Source of the DNA: Syntrophomonadaceae bacterium
GTDB taxonomy: Bacteria > Bacillota > DSM-12270 > Thermacetogeniales > Thermacetogeniaceae
DNA: 64,000 nt
Reading direction: 5' to 3'
Assembly (NCBI GenBank): GCA_012516535.1
Contig: JAAYWP010000013.1
Span: forward strand, 29,341 to 93,340
Shown here: one piece after another, positions 46,756 to 57,326 of the stretch
Layout: each line of letters opens with the position of its first letter
How positions within the stretch are numbered: the first letter of the stretch is position 1
The notes under the pieces: model-generated
Databases searched by the model: none
Seen by the model: only the letters and a program-made list of their open reading frames with translations
Told to the model about the DNA's origin: nothing
Translations under genes and position numbers: made by a program

Positions 46756-46950
46756 TCCCTGCCGGTGCAGCGACCTGTGAAGGTTGTTACTTGCCCTTGA
46801 CGAAGGAGCAGTTAACGGCAGCCAAAGCGAAACATGGATGTTGAGCTAGGCGACTCTGCGCTATTGTATCGTCATAGGAGCCATTTGGCTGTCATCTGCG
46901 ACGAGTCTTAGGGCAAGTTCAACCGGAGCTCATGTCGCAAGCGGCAGGGA
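46756..46950 (+). ncRNA. unassigned rod-like structured element of about 195 nt (candidate ncRNA, family unknown)
   Basis: Nested long-range pairings: CCCTGCCG/CGGCAGGG, GCGAC/GTCGC, GGTTG/CAACC, ACTTGCCCT/AGGGCAAGT, GAC/GTC, GCAG/CTGC, GGCAGCCAAA/TTTGGCTGTC, CTAGGCGA/TCGTC(A)TAG. Two G.T pairs are allowed only on the plus strand. Confidence 0.35.
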
Positions 46951-46952
46951 AT

Positions 46953-47149
46953 GTGACAAGGGGTGTGACAAGGGGACGGGGGTCGCGTCATCATGCATAT
47001 ATATTCCAGAAGTGAGTCAAAGTCACCGTCCCCTTGACTCAGTCCCCTTGACTCAGGGGGACAGTCCCGGTGATCGGTTCGATCAGTCAACCTGTCCCCC
47101 TGCTGGCGCGATCACCCAACCTGTCCCCCTGATCGGTCTGAGCGGTCGG
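46953..47149. repeat. composite REP cluster containing all three repeat types
   Basis: GTGACAAGGGGTGTGACAAGGGGACGGGGG; GAGTCAAAGTCACCGTCCCCTTGACTCAGTCCCCTTGACTCA; GGGGGACAGTCCCGGTGATCGG; two CAACCTGTCCCCCTG units. It ends at the uvrA stop codon. Confidence 0.9.
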
Positions 47150-50047
47150 TTAACCGCTGGCCAAAGAGGTCTTATCAGCCCGGCGCCTAGTGGGACAGGA
47201 AACCTGCAGCACCTCTTTTAGATAACGCCCTGTATGGGAGTGGGGACAGTTAGCTACCTCCTCAGGTGTGCCTGTGGTCACCACCTGTCCTCCCCTGTCT
47301 CCCCCTTCGGGGCCCAGGTCTATAATATAGTCGGCTGTTTTGATCACATCAAGATTGTGTTCAATGACAATAACCGTATTCCCGCTCTCCACAAGCCTTT
47401 CCAATACCAGCAGCAGTTTTCTGATGTCATCCTTATGTAGCCCTGTTGTAGGCTCATCCAGGATATAAAGAGTGCGGCCATTGCTGCGCCGGGACAGTTC
47501 TGTAGCCAGTTTGACCCGCTGGGCCTCTCCACCTGACAGAGTTGTTGCAGGCTGCCCCAGTTTGATATAGCCCAAACCCACATCCACCAGGGTCTGCAGT
47601 CTCCGGCTTACCTTGGGTATGTTTTGGAAGAACTCATTTGCTTCACTGACTGTCATGTCCAGGACATCTGCAATGTTCTTCCCTTTGTATTTAACCTCCA
47701 GAGTCTCACGGTTGTAACGTTTTCCCCTGCATTCCTCACAGGGGACATAGACATCAGGCAGGAAATGCATCTCGATCTTGATAATGCCATCACCGCGGCA
47801 GGCTTCACAGCGGCCCCCGCGCACATTAAAACTGAACCGGCCAGGACGGTAGCCCCGCATTCGAGCCTCCGGTGTCAGAGAAAAAAGCTCCCTGATCCCA
47901 TCAAAAGCCCCTGTATAGGTAGCAGGGTTCGATCTGGGAGTGCGCCCGATAGGGGACTGGTCAATTTTGATTACTTTATCGAGATGCTCGATACCGTGCA
48001 TTTCCTGGAAATCACCGGGGTGAGCCCGAGCCCTGTGCAGCTTTTGGGCCAAACCCTTATATATGATCTCATCCAGCAAAGTGCTTTTTCCAGACCCGGA
48101 AACACCTGTGATGCAAACAAAAAGCCCGAGAGGTATGTCCACATCGATGTTTTTCAGGTTGAATTCCCTAGCACCTATCACCCGCAGCCAGCGTTCCCCC
48201 GGTTTGCGCCTTCCTTCTGGCACAGGTATATCACGGCGCCCGCTCAAATACTGGCCTGTTATCGATTCCTCCACCTTAACCAGATCCTCCAGTGTGCCCT
48301 GGGCTACCACCTTGCCGCCATGCACTCCAGCACCTGGGCCGATATCGATGATCTCATCAGCATTGAGCATCATCTCTTCATCATGTTCAACAACAATCAG
48401 GGTATTTCCCAGGTCCCGCAGATCTTTAAGTGTTTTGATCAACCTCGTGTTATCCCTGGGATGCAGCCCGATACTGGGTTCATCCAGGATATAAAGAACA
48501 CCTACCAAGCCAGAACCGATCTGAGTGGCCAACCTGATCCGCTGTGCCTCACCCCCGGCCAGGGTTCCTGCTGAACGGTCCAGTGTAAGGTAGTCAAGCC
48601 CCACATTGACCAGAAATCCCAGGCGGGCATCGATTTCCTTGATCACCTGTCCAGCGATCTGCTTCTCCCGCTCTGTAAGTGAAAGATTATTGATAAAGGA
48701 GCGGGCTTCTAAAATCGTATAACTTGTTAGCTCTGCGATGTTCTTTCCACCCACTGTTACAGCCAAACTTTCCGGGCGCAGCCTTGCACCCCCACAGCCT
48801 GGGCAGGGACGGGAGGTCATAAACTGCTCGATCTCCTCCCGTACATCCTCTGATTCTGTTTCCCGGTAGCGGCGCATCAGATGGTTGACAACACCTTCAA
48901 AAGTGCCGTACCAGGACCTGGTTTGACCAAAAGCATCCTCATAATGAAAGCGAATCCTCTCATCTGTACCATATAGGAGTTTTTCCTGAACTTCCTCTGG
49001 AAGGTCCTTATATGGAGTATCCCAACTGCAGCCATAGTGGTCCATAAAGGATTTCACTATCTGCGGGTAATAGTGCTTAGTGGAATGGGTCCAGGGAAGT
49101 AGAGCCCCCTCCCTGACAGATCTCTCCCTGTCCACCACCAGTTCAGGATCCACCTCCATCCTGTAGCCAAGGCCTGAGCATTCAGGGCAGGCTCCATAAG
49201 GACTGTTAAAAGAAAAAAGGCGGGGGGTGATCTCCACCAAACTGATCCCACACTGGGGACAAGCGAAATTCTGGCTGAACACAACTTCTTTCCCCTCAAG
49301 GGGTGCAGCCACAGCGATCCCTTCACCAAGCCCCAGAGCAGTTTCCAGAGAATCAGCTAGGCGGTTTTCCAATCCTGGACGCACCACTATCCTGTCAACA
49401 ACCACATCTATATCATGTTTTTTATACCTTTCCAGGGTAATATCTTCATCAAGTTCCCGAATCTCACCATTAACCCGTACGCGGACAAAACCCTTTTTCT
49501 GAAGTTCTTGAAGAACCCTCTGGTGTTCCCCCTTTTTTCCACGAATAACAGGAGCCAGTATTTGAATCTTTGTACCCTCAGGGAAAGAAAGAATATGGTC
49601 CACCATCTGTGAAACTGTCTGCTGCTGTACAGGCCTGCCGCACTCAGGGCAGTGAGGCCTGCCGATACGAGCAAACAACAGGCGCAAATAATCATAGATC
49701 TCAGTAACAGTTCCTACAGTGGATCTGGGGTTGCGGCTGCCTGCCTTCTGGTCGATGGAAATAGCCGGGGAGAGCCCTTCAATATAGTCTACATCAGGTT
49801 TATCAGCTACCCCAAGAAACTGGCGGGCATAGGCAGACAGAGACTCCACATAGCGCCTCTGCCCCTCAGCATAAATTGTATCGAAAGCCAGTGATGATTT
49901 ACCGGACCCGGAAATGCCGGTGATCACCACCAATTTATTACGGGGTATCTCCACATCGATATTTTTCAGATTATGGACCCGGGCTCCCTTTATTACGATC
50001 TTATCCCGCATCGGGAGGTGAACATTTTTATTAAATTTGGCACACAT
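47150..50047 (-). CDS. uvrA: excinuclease ABC subunit A
   Basis: Two ABC modules ([30 protein letters not shown] twice) and zinc-finger Cys clusters. Start ambiguous: 50047 has a GGGAGG RBS, and 50011 or 50074 are also possible. Confidence 0.95.
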   Translation of the reverse strand: MCAKFNKNVHLPMRDKIVIKGARVHNLKNIDVEIPRNKLVVITGISGSGKSSLAFDTIYAEGQRRYVESLSAYARQFLGVADKPDVDYIEGLSPAISIDQKAGSRNPRSTVGTVTEIYDYLRLLFARIGRPHCPECGRPVQQQTVSQMVDHILSFPEGTKIQILAPVIRGKKGEHQRVLQELQKKGFVRVRVNGEIRELDEDITLERYKKHDIDVVVDRIVVRPGLENRLADSLETALGLGEGIAVAAPLEGKEVVFSQNFACPQCGISLVEITPRLFSFNSPYGACPECSGLGYRMEVDPELVVDRERSVREGALLPWTHSTKHYYPQIVKSFMDHYGCSWDTPYKDLPEEVQEKLLYGTDERIRFHYEDAFGQTRSWYGTFEGVVNHLMRRYRETESEDVREEIEQFMTSRPCPGCGGARLRPESLAVTVGGKNIAELTSYTILEARSFINNLSLTEREKQIAGQVIKEIDARLGFLVNVGLDYLTLDRSAGTLAGGEAQRIRLATQIGSGLVGVLYILDEPSIGLHPRDNTRLIKTLKDLRDLGNTLIVVEHDEEMMLNADEIIDIGPGAGVHGGKVVAQGTLEDLVKVEESITGQYLSGRRDIPVPEGRRKPGERWLRVIGAREFNLKNIDVDIPLGLFVCITGVSGSGKSTLLDEIIYKGLAQKLHRARAHPGDFQEMHGIEHLDKVIKIDQSPIGRTPRSNPATYTGAFDGIRELFSLTPEARMRGYRPGRFSFNVRGGRCEACRGDGIIKIEMHFLPDVYVPCEECRGKRYNRETLEVKYKGKNIADVLDMTVSEANEFFQNIPKVSRRLQTLVDVGLGYIKLGQPATTLSGGEAQRVKLATELSRRSNGRTLYILDEPTTGLHKDDIRKLLLVLERLVESGNTVIVIEHNLDVIKTADYIIDLGPEGGDRGGQVVTTGTPEEVANCPHSHTGRYLKEVLQVSCPTRRRADKTSLASG

Positions 50048-50080
50048 ACTATTATGCCTCCCTGTCATATCCATTCCTGT

Positions 50081-52117
50081 TTATCTGTTCCTGCTTCCTG
50101 AAGTTTTCCGCCCCCTACTCTTACGAGACCGGGAAAGCAGTTCTTTGCGCAATTCTATCATCAGGTCCCGAGCCTCAGCAGCTCTTTCAAAGGCCAGTTC
50201 TCGAGCAGCCTTGCGCATCTCTTGTTCCATCTGAGAAATAAGCTTTTCCAGTTCAGTTTTGCTCATACTGGCCAAGGGCTTTCTGCCCAGATAAGATCCC
50301 TTTTCTTCGGCCACCTCAGCGGGAAGAGTGATCTCAATAACACCACGGACAGCCTTTTGGACAGTGCGGGGTGTGATGTTATGCTCTTTATTATATTTCA
50401 TCTGGATACTACGTCTTCTGTTGGTCTCATCGATGGCCCGCCGCATAGAGTCGGTGATCTGATCTGCATACATGATCACCTTCCCCTCCACATTGCGGGC
50501 AGCCCGGCCGATGGTCTGAATAAGAGAGCGCTCAGAACGCAAAAAACCCTCTTTATCAGCATCAAGGATCGCTACCAGAGACACCTCTGGAAGGTCTAAA
50601 CCCTCTCTCAGCAGATTGATACCTACCAAAACATCAAAAACTCCCAGGCGCAGATCCCTCAAAATATCCATCCGCTCCAGGGCGTTGATCTCAGAGTGCA
50701 AATAGCGCACTTTGATACCCAACTCCCGCATATAATCAGTTAGATCCTCAGCCATCTTTTTGGTAAGTGTTGTCACCAAGACCCGCTGCTTCTTTTCTAC
50801 CCGCAAACGGATCTCTTCAACCAGGTCATCCACCTGATTTGTTGCACTGCGCACCTCCACCTCAGGGTCAACCAAACCGGTAGGGCGAACGATCTGCTCC
50901 ACCACCTGGTGGCTGTGATCTATTTCAAAGTCTCCTGGGGTTGCGGAAACAAAAATAATCCTCGGCACCTTGGCTAAAAACTCATCAAAGCGCAGCGGTC
51001 TATTATCCAGAGCAGAAGGAAGTCGAAAGCCGTAGTCAACCAATGTTTTCTTCCTGCTGTAATCACCGGCATACATGCCATTGATCTGGGGTACAGTAAT
51101 ATGGGACTCATCGATGACAACCAGAAAGTCCTCCGGGAAAAAGTCCAGCAAACAGTAAGGAGGCTCCCCTGGTTTGCGGCCGGTCAAATGCCGGGAATAA
51201 TTTTCGATCCCCTTACAGATCCCGATCTCCCGCAGCATTTCCATGTCATAGCGTGTGCGCTGTTCCAAACGCTGGGCTTCCAGCAGTTTTCCCTCTCTGC
51301 GCAGTTCCTCCAGGCGTTCTTCCAACTCCTGTTCAATCCCCTGGAGGGCCTTTTCCATCCTCTCCGGGGCTGTGACATAATGGGAAGCAGGGAAAATAGC
51401 CGCATGCAGGCGGCGGGCCAGTACCTCTCCGGTCAATGTATCTATTTCTAAAATACGGTCGATCTGATCACCGAAAAATTCCACCCGTAAAGCCCTCTCT
51501 GTAAAAGAGGCCGGAAAAATCTCCACTACATCCCCCCGTACCCGAAAGCGGCCTCTGGCGAACTCATAATCATTGCGCTGATATTGGATATCCACCAGCC
51601 GGGAGATCACCTGATCCCTGTCCACCTCCATATCCTGGCGCAGAGAGACAACCATATTCTTATAGTCTATTGGTGAACCCAGACCATAGATACAGGAAAC
51701 ACTGGCCACAATGATCACATCATCCCGCTCAAACAGGCTGGCAGTTGCCGAGTGGCGCAGTTTATCGATCTCCTCATTTAAAGATGAGTCTTTCTCTATA
51801 TAGGTATCAGTCTGGGGTACATAAGCCTCAGGCTGATAGTAGTCATAATAGCTGACAAAATACTCCACAGCATTGTCGGGAAAAAACTCCCTGAATTCCC
51901 CGCAGAGCTGGGCAGCCAGAGTTTTATTAGGCGCGATCACCAAAGTAGGCTTTTGCACCTCCTGTATCACTCCAGCAATAGTAAAGGTTTTCCCTGACCC
52001 GGTCACACCCAGCAGGGTCTGAAAGGGCATCCCACTGCTGATCCCACTGCTCAACATCTCAATAGCCTTTGGCTGATCACCGGTGGGAGCAAAGGGAGAT
52101 TTCAGGACAAATCCCAT
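50081..52117 (-). CDS. uvrB: excinuclease ABC subunit B
   Basis: GDQP.AI, Walker [13 protein letters not shown] box, helicase motifs, C-terminal UVR domain. Confidence 0.97.
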   Translation of the reverse strand: MGFVLKSPFAPTGDQPKAIEMLSSGISSGMPFQTLLGVTGSGKTFTIAGVIQEVQKPTLVIAPNKTLAAQLCGEFREFFPDNAVEYFVSYYDYYQPEAYVPQTDTYIEKDSSLNEEIDKLRHSATASLFERDDVIIVASVSCIYGLGSPIDYKNMVVSLRQDMEVDRDQVISRLVDIQYQRNDYEFARGRFRVRGDVVEIFPASFTERALRVEFFGDQIDRILEIDTLTGEVLARRLHAAIFPASHYVTAPERMEKALQGIEQELEERLEELRREGKLLEAQRLEQRTRYDMEMLREIGICKGIENYSRHLTGRKPGEPPYCLLDFFPEDFLVVIDESHITVPQINGMYAGDYSRKKTLVDYGFRLPSALDNRPLRFDEFLAKVPRIIFVSATPGDFEIDHSHQVVEQIVRPTGLVDPEVEVRSATNQVDDLVEEIRLRVEKKQRVLVTTLTKKMAEDLTDYMRELGIKVRYLHSEINALERMDILRDLRLGVFDVLVGINLLREGLDLPEVSLVAILDADKEGFLRSERSLIQTIGRAARNVEGKVIMYADQITDSMRRAIDETNRRRSIQMKYNKEHNITPRTVQKAVRGVIEITLPAEVAEEKGSYLGRKPLASMSKTELEKLISQMEQEMRKAARELAFERAAEARDLMIELRKELLSRSRKSRGRKTSGSRNR

Positions 52118-52268
52118 GAATGATACCCCCTGATCAAAATAGCCGCTGATTCCTAAAAGAAAAAACTCCCCAGGAATCTCCGGCCCCAGGACCGGTCAAG
52201 CGGCAAAACAAAAGTTCTCTTTTCGCATTATAACATAAAGGATTTATCTATCACAATAAGAGCTAGCT

Positions 52269-52360
52269 GTCGCGCGGAGGGACAGTCCCTCTGATCGCGC
52301 GCGGGGACTGTCCCGGTGATCGCGCGGAGGGACTGTCCCGGTGATCGGTCTGATCGGTCT
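52269..52360. repeat. REP cluster, GGGACAGTCCC palindrome type (three units) plus GATCGGTCT x2
   Basis: GTCGCGCGGAGGGACAGTCCCTCTGATCGCGCGCGGGGACTGTCCCGGTGATCGCGCGGAGGGACTGTCCCGGTGATCGGTCTGATCGGTCT. Confidence 0.9.
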
Positions 52361-52367
52361 AATAATA

Positions 52368-53144
52368 ATGGGGTCAGGGGAAATAATAAAGGAAAAGAAC
52401 TTCGGAGTGACTGGATTGAATGAGGCTCTTATTGTAACGGTGCGGGGGGTCATCGCCTTCTTTACACTGCTGATCTTTGCTCGTTTGTTGGGGAAACAGC
52501 AGATCAGCCAGCTTACCTTTTTTGACTATGTCCTAGGCATTACCATCGGCTCGATAGCCGCCAATCTGACTACAGACCTTACCAGCAGAGCCTGGCCCCA
52601 CTGGGTGGGCCTGGCGGTGTGGACTCTACTTGTAGTGGCTTTACAGTGGCTGACCTTGAAGTGGCGGTATGCCTCCAAATATATCGATGGGGAACCAACT
52701 GTGGTGATCATGAACGGCAAAATCATGGAGGACGCCATGAAAAAACTGCGCTACCGTACCAGTGAACTCCTGGAACAGCTGCGTCAGAAAAATGTATTTG
52801 ATATATCACAGGTTGAATTCGCAGTGCTGGAGGTCAATGGCCAGCTTTCAGTGCTGAAAAAATCACAGCATCAGCCGGTGACCCCAAAGGATCTCAACAT
52901 TCCTACTGATTATCAGGGAATAGACACAGAATTGATCTATGATGGGGTTGTGGTAGAACAAAACCTGAAACAGGTTAACCTGGACCGAGCCTGGCTGGAC
53001 AAGCAGCTGAAAAAACAGGGGATCTATGATCCCTCTGAGGTATTCCTGGCCAACCTGGATGCCCAGGGCAACCTGTATGTCGACAGGTATCAGGATCACC
53101 TAAAAAAACTTACAGATATCGGGGACTACCCTGGCCCACATTGA
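52368..53144 (+). CDS. DUF421 (YetF/YdfS-like) membrane protein
   Basis: N-terminal TM helices plus the conserved DGEPTVVI..G.I....K segment. The ATG at 52368 is chosen because the upstream part of the track ORF is repeat sequence. Confidence 0.75.
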   Translation: MGSGEIIKEKNFGVTGLNEALIVTVRGVIAFFTLLIFARLLGKQQISQLTFFDYVLGITIGSIAANLTTDLTSRAWPHWVGLAVWTLLVVALQWLTLKWRYASKYIDGEPTVVIMNGKIMEDAMKKLRYRTSELLEQLRQKNVFDISQVEFAVLEVNGQLSVLKKSQHQPVTPKDLNIPTDYQGIDTELIYDGVVVEQNLKQVNLDRAWLDKQLKKQGIYDPSEVFLANLDAQGNLYVDRYQDHLKKLTDIGDYPGPH

Positions 53145-53155
53145 GGTGAAAAGTT

Positions 53156-53521
53156 ATGAAAAAAATCATCTACTACCTGCTCCCAGTTGCTATGCTGGCT
53201 TTATTTATCGCCATCATGCTTTCCGGTTCCTACCTTAAACAGCCCTTTGGAGAGGATGATAACGTGCCTCATAAAATCGCTCTCGTCAAGGAACATGTCA
53301 GAAATGCAGACTGGGAAAGTGCCCAAAGGGAACAGAACAAGCTAGAAATAGCTTGGGAAAAGGTAACACGGAGGATCCAGTTCAGCATGGAACGAAATGA
53401 AATAAACCAGCTGGATATCAGCCTGGCTAGAGCAGGAGCAGCAATAACAGCTAAGGATCAAGCCGGAGCATTGATGGAACTCGAAGAAGCTGCCAGACAC
53501 TGGCACAACCTGGGAAGATAA
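53156..53521 (+). CDS. small membrane-anchored protein, DUF4363-like
   Basis: N-terminal TM helix, helical remainder. The position right after a DUF421 gene is a recurring Firmicutes pairing (from memory). Confidence 0.5.
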   Translation: MKKIIYYLLPVAMLALFIAIMLSGSYLKQPFGEDDNVPHKIALVKEHVRNADWESAQREQNKLEIAWEKVTRRIQFSMERNEINQLDISLARAGAAITAKDQAGALMELEEAARHWHNLGR

Positions 53522-53539
53522 GAGACTCAAATATCCTGG

Positions 53540-54502
53540 TTAATTGACTGTTTCCCTGATTATCCTGGATATGATAGCATTGATCTCTTCTGCTGTCAGA
53601 TACACCTCACCTTTCTCCAATTTTTTATAATATTCATCCAGTTCCTTTCCCGCTGCAGCAAGTTTTAATGTGATCTCTTCATAAGAGGTCCCTGAACAGC
53701 TGGCTACCTGCACACCCTTCCCCAAATCCCATACTGTATCCCCTGATAACAGCGACAGCTCACTATAACAGCATGTTCCATTGACAACTGCCACTAGGAT
53801 CTCCGGGATAAACAGCACCACCAAATCAGATGGCTCAATAATGGAGTGATAGGCCTCCACAGTATATCTGCGGGATAGTGCCTCAACAAGGATATCACGC
53901 ATAACAGAAGCTCCAGACCCTAAAGGGCCTTTGATCAGATAGCGCTTCTTACAAGAATCAAAGGGGAAATTCAGCCCTCCGGAAACACTCCCGGCAAAAT
54001 AGTGCCTGAGGCAGGACGGTTTATCCTGAAATTCTTCTATCCAGAAGTTTGCGGCATACTGCTCCGATGCTGTGCTGCGGGTCCAGCCGCCTGCATGATA
54101 GGCCTCTCTGGCGGACTTTACAAATTTGAGAACTCTCTCATATATTGTACTCACATTATTGGGAACAGGACTTCCCGGTAACTCCACGATCACTGTTTCT
54201 AAATGAGCAGGAAAAAACTTCTGCATTGCATAGGGATGATTCCCGCTCATCACACCGAACCCCTGTGAGGGCACTGTCAATCCTTCAACCATTAAATGGT
54301 CCTCAGCCCGGTGATAATAATTGACACTATAGCCCCGGTCTGTCAGAGCCAACCCCAGTGACCGTAAAACCAGGCTCTGTATCCCGGCTGTATTCCCCTG
54401 AAGCAGATACAACCGCTTCAACTCCTGGAAATAATCTGGCCAAAAAGACAAATAACCTCTGCCTGTGAAAGCACTGGCAAAATAATGCCTGTTCCTTTTC
54501 AT
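53540..54502 (-). CDS. internally duplicated ATPase-like protein with degenerate P-loops (PRK06851-like, tentative)
   Basis: Two homologous halves, each beginning RHYFA. Their Walker-A positions read LLQGNTAGIQS and LIKGPLGSGAS (no GK[ST]). Start at MKRNRHYF follows AGGTGG. Confidence 0.45.
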   Translation of the reverse strand: MKRNRHYFASAFTGRGYLSFWPDYFQELKRLYLLQGNTAGIQSLVLRSLGLALTDRGYSVNYYHRAEDHLMVEGLTVPSQGFGVMSGNHPYAMQKFFPAHLETVIVELPGSPVPNNVSTIYERVLKFVKSAREAYHAGGWTRSTASEQYAANFWIEEFQDKPSCLRHYFAGSVSGGLNFPFDSCKKRYLIKGPLGSGASVMRDILVEALSRRYTVEAYHSIIEPSDLVVLFIPEILVAVVNGTCCYSELSLLSGDTVWDLGKGVQVASCSGTSYEEITLKLAAAGKELDEYYKKLEKGEVYLTAEEINAIISRIIRETVN

Positions 54503-54649
54503 ATTTAAGACCACCTGCTGTAGCAAAGCCAGGCAGCGCCTCACCCCCTATATTATTTGTACATATTATTAAACAGGGGGAGCTATGGTGACATTGTTTC
54601 TTTGTTGAAAACATGAAGAGCAGAAAAGAACTCAGTGCCAGCTAGGGCA

Positions 54650-55891
54650 TCAATGGAATTTTTTTCGAAGGCGTTTGAGCAGATTCCTAAGAGGGCTTCC
54701 CATAACAAAATCCACATTAGGCAAGTCTCCTGGTTCAGGCACGGAAATTACGCCCAGAGATGAATCAATCTCCCGGCGGACCCGGACCCGCTTGGTCTCA
54801 CCGGTACCATCAGTAAATTCCAGCATAAACACAGAATCCACGAAAGTCAGTGCCTGACGCAGTTCATAACGAGAATTGACCGGCTGACCACCTACACTAT
54901 TGATCACATCTCCCGAACGAATCCCTGCCCTGTGTGCAGCTGAACCCTTAATCACATCCAATACCATCAAGCCGGAAGAAGGGGGAACAAAGCGAGGCCT
55001 TCCCTGCATCTCTTGCCGTCTTCCTAAAAAAATAACCAATTCATGACCCAAAGGGGAAAAAAGAGCAGGAAGAATAACCAGTTGAGGGTTATGGGAAGCT
55101 AAAACAGACAGGCCCAACAAAACAATGCTGAAAACAGCCAAATGACTGGCTGATATCTTTGTTCTCTCCCGGGGAAGACAGGTAATGGCCAGTTCCCCGT
55201 AACCCAGTGCAGCCACAACAGGAAGGATTGAATATGTGATATCCTCATGACCCACAGTCTCCCAAGGGCGGATCAGCGGCCACCATTCAGGCATCTGTAT
55301 CAGCTCACCAGGAAGATGTTCCACTGTTCCCAGGAGGATCATCATCACAGCTAGGGGTATTGGCCAAAACTTCTGCAGATTAAAGGCCCCTACTACCTGT
55401 CCCTTTGGTGTGCGAACATAAACAGGAAGAGGATCCTGATGTCCACTCAGCAGTATTAAAATACTTTCCACAAGATGTAATACAGCAACCAACCCCATCA
55501 AACCGGGTATATTAACCTCCGGAAAACCCAGCAGAATGGAAAATAGTGCAAGAACGCCAGATGCATAAGAAAAACATAAAAACCTAGGGCTGAACATCAT
55601 TAAAAGCAGGGCAATAGCCCATAGCCAGGCTACACCCAATCCATTGATGGTCACACCGAAAATGATCATTAAAAAGCTGCCCAGCAGTCCACCGATAATC
55701 CCATAAACCAAAGAAACCAGCGAAATACGCAAGACAGAATCTCGCTGGCCGTAAATGGATTCTTTTATTTTCATCATACGGCGGTATTGCATCCAGACCA
55801 GGAGAACCACAAGCCAAAAAAAGGGCTGTATCATGATCTGCAACACTGCAACAGCAGAACTGGCAATAACCTCAACCCAGGGAAAGCTCAT
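54650..55891 (-). CDS. polytopic membrane protein with C-terminal PDZ domain
   Basis: About 8 TM segments, followed by a PDZ-like segment (GSAAHRAGIRSGDVINSVGGQPV). Confidence 0.7.
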   Translation of the reverse strand: MSFPWVEVIASSAVAVLQIMIQPFFWLVVLLVWMQYRRMMKIKESIYGQRDSVLRISLVSLVYGIIGGLLGSFLMIIFGVTINGLGVAWLWAIALLLMMFSPRFLCFSYASGVLALFSILLGFPEVNIPGLMGLVAVLHLVESILILLSGHQDPLPVYVRTPKGQVVGAFNLQKFWPIPLAVMMILLGTVEHLPGELIQMPEWWPLIRPWETVGHEDITYSILPVVAALGYGELAITCLPRERTKISASHLAVFSIVLLGLSVLASHNPQLVILPALFSPLGHELVIFLGRRQEMQGRPRFVPPSSGLMVLDVIKGSAAHRAGIRSGDVINSVGGQPVNSRYELRQALTFVDSVFMLEFTDGTGETKRVRVRREIDSSLGVISVPEPGDLPNVDFVMGSPLRNLLKRLRKKFH

Positions 55892-55903
55892 AAAAATTTC
55901 CCC

Positions 55904-57076
55904 CTATGCCGCCTGTTTTCCTTGTTTTATACCTTCATACAAAAGCTCAACAGCTTTCTCTAACTGCACATCCTCATCTGTATCCTCCGGCTGTTCCACA
56001 ACAATATCAGGCTGGATCCCCTTACCATCGATGTCATGCCCATTTGGAGTCAGGTATCTATTGGTAGTTAGCTTCAAGCCCTCATTATCCCCCAAGCTGT
56101 ATAGGGTCTGAACCAATCCCTTACCGTAAGTACGGGTTCCCAATAGAAGACCACTCCTGCTGTCCTTAATAGCTCCAGCAACAATTTCTGAAGCACTGGC
56201 AGTTCCCTCATCGATCAGCACAACAAGGGGCAACTGGATTTGATTTAACCTGCTGGAATACCGTACCTCCTCTTTTCCATTGCGATCCACAATACGGACA
56301 ACCGGCCCTTCTTTCAAAAAATACCCTGCCAATTCTACTGCTGCCTCTAGGTCACCGCCTGGGTTACCCCGCAGATCCAAAATCAAACCGTTCAATTTTT
56401 CCTTATTCAACTTATTCAGCTCTCTCTCCAATTGGGCAATAGTGCTGCTGCGGTTAAAATGCAAAACCTGTAAATAACCTATCTCCTGGTGATCAGGCAG
56501 TATCTCTCCTCTGACTGATGGTATTGTGATCTTCTCTCTGACCAGCTCAATAATGAAAGAACGGTTTTCTTCTTCGCGCAGAATTTTCAAAGTAACACTT
56601 GTTCCCGGTTCCCCCCGAATAAGTGATGCAGCTTCGATAGTGGTCAGCTCGGCAGTTTCCTGTTCATCAACCTTTTCAATAATATCACCGCTTTTGAGCC
56701 CTGCTCGGTCTGCGGGTGTTCCCGGAAGAGGAGCTATAACCACAAGTTGTTTGTTCTCGTCCTTATCGATCTCCACACCAATACCACCAAAAGTGCCTTC
56801 AATCTGTACATTCAGGTTCTTAAAGGCATCTTTGTCCAAATAGACCGAATATGAATCATTAAGGGACTCCACCATCCCCTTGATTGCACCATTGATCAGT
56901 GTTTCTGTACTGACCTGCTTCAGGTATTCATTCCTGATAAGATAATAGGTCGTGATCAGTTTTTCTAAGTTATTTTTTTCGGCCCAATAATAAAAGCCTC
57001 CGGCTATACCAATCAGCAGTATCACGATCAGTACAGCAATCGTAACACGGACAACACGCGCTTTCAGCCTGTCCAC
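55904..57076 (-). CDS. ctpA: S41 family C-terminal processing peptidase
   Basis: N-terminal anchor, PDZ (GTPADRAGLKSGDII), catalytic region (LDLRGNPGG, ASASEI, GKGLVQ). Confidence 0.9.
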   Translation of the reverse strand: MDRLKARVVRVTIAVLIVILLIGIAGGFYYWAEKNNLEKLITTYYLIRNEYLKQVSTETLINGAIKGMVESLNDSYSVYLDKDAFKNLNVQIEGTFGGIGVEIDKDENKQLVVIAPLPGTPADRAGLKSGDIIEKVDEQETAELTTIEAASLIRGEPGTSVTLKILREEENRSFIIELVREKITIPSVRGEILPDHQEIGYLQVLHFNRSSTIAQLERELNKLNKEKLNGLILDLRGNPGGDLEAAVELAGYFLKEGPVVRIVDRNGKEEVRYSSRLNQIQLPLVVLIDEGTASASEIVAGAIKDSRSGLLLGTRTYGKGLVQTLYSLGDNEGLKLTTNRYLTPNGHDIDGKGIQPDIVVEQPEDTDEDVQLEKAVELLYEGIKQGKQAA

Positions 57077-57251
57077 CTCCTGATGGCAAATACTATTCCG
57101 ATTCCTGCTAATCCCACTATATGTTTAACCTAGCACAATTATTATTACCAACAGTCCCCAGCTTTTGGGGCCATAATTAATGAGCAGATTTAATTATACT
57201 ATTTTATCATGTCACATTACAGATATCTTGACAAGGAATTAATAAAACAAG

Positions 57252-57286
57252 TATAAATCAAAACCGGCACCTTTTCAGGTACCGGT
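57252..57286 (-). terminator. rho-independent terminator of the M23 peptidase gene
   Basis: On the minus strand ACCGGTACC-N6-GGTGCCGGT (with a G.U pair) followed by TTTTGATTTAT. Confidence 0.7.
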
Positions 57287-57326
57287 TGATTAACTTTATC
57301 TTATCAATGATTTTTTTAACAAAACA

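Noticed and set aside
46756-46950. Naming the rod-like element as 6S RNA, SRP RNA or RNase P RNA.
   Set aside because: I could not find GAGGAAAGTCC or ACAGAAACATGGC-type RNase P boxes, or the GGUCCGGAAGGAAGCAGC SRP helix-8 motif. There is also no large central bubble as in 6S. Only size and overall shape are compatible, so it is left unassigned.
46908-47221. ORFs 46908-47090 (-) and 47012-47221 (+), and similarly 52244-52453 (-).
   Set aside because: Their sequences (for example MSQSHRPLDSVPLTQGDSPGD) are read-through of repeat units. The same peptide string appears wherever the repeat occurs.
47624-48574. 316-aa ORF on the plus strand, along with many other 60-200-aa ORFs antisense to long genes (for example 10817-11416, 26097-26705, 17602-18003, 6976-7452, 61293-61688).
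   Set aside because: They lie wholly inside, and antisense to, genes with unmistakable conserved motifs (uvrA, trkA, rnr, the permease, the kinase, transketolase). They have no RBS and low-complexity or odd composition. They are shadow ORFs.
52118-52268. Search for a LexA (Cheo-type GAAC-N4-GTTC) box upstream of uvrB, and similarly upstream of uvrA and uvrC.
   Set aside because: Only isolated half-sites (for example AAGTTCTC) were seen and there is no complete palindrome, so SOS regulation cannot be claimed from this sequence.
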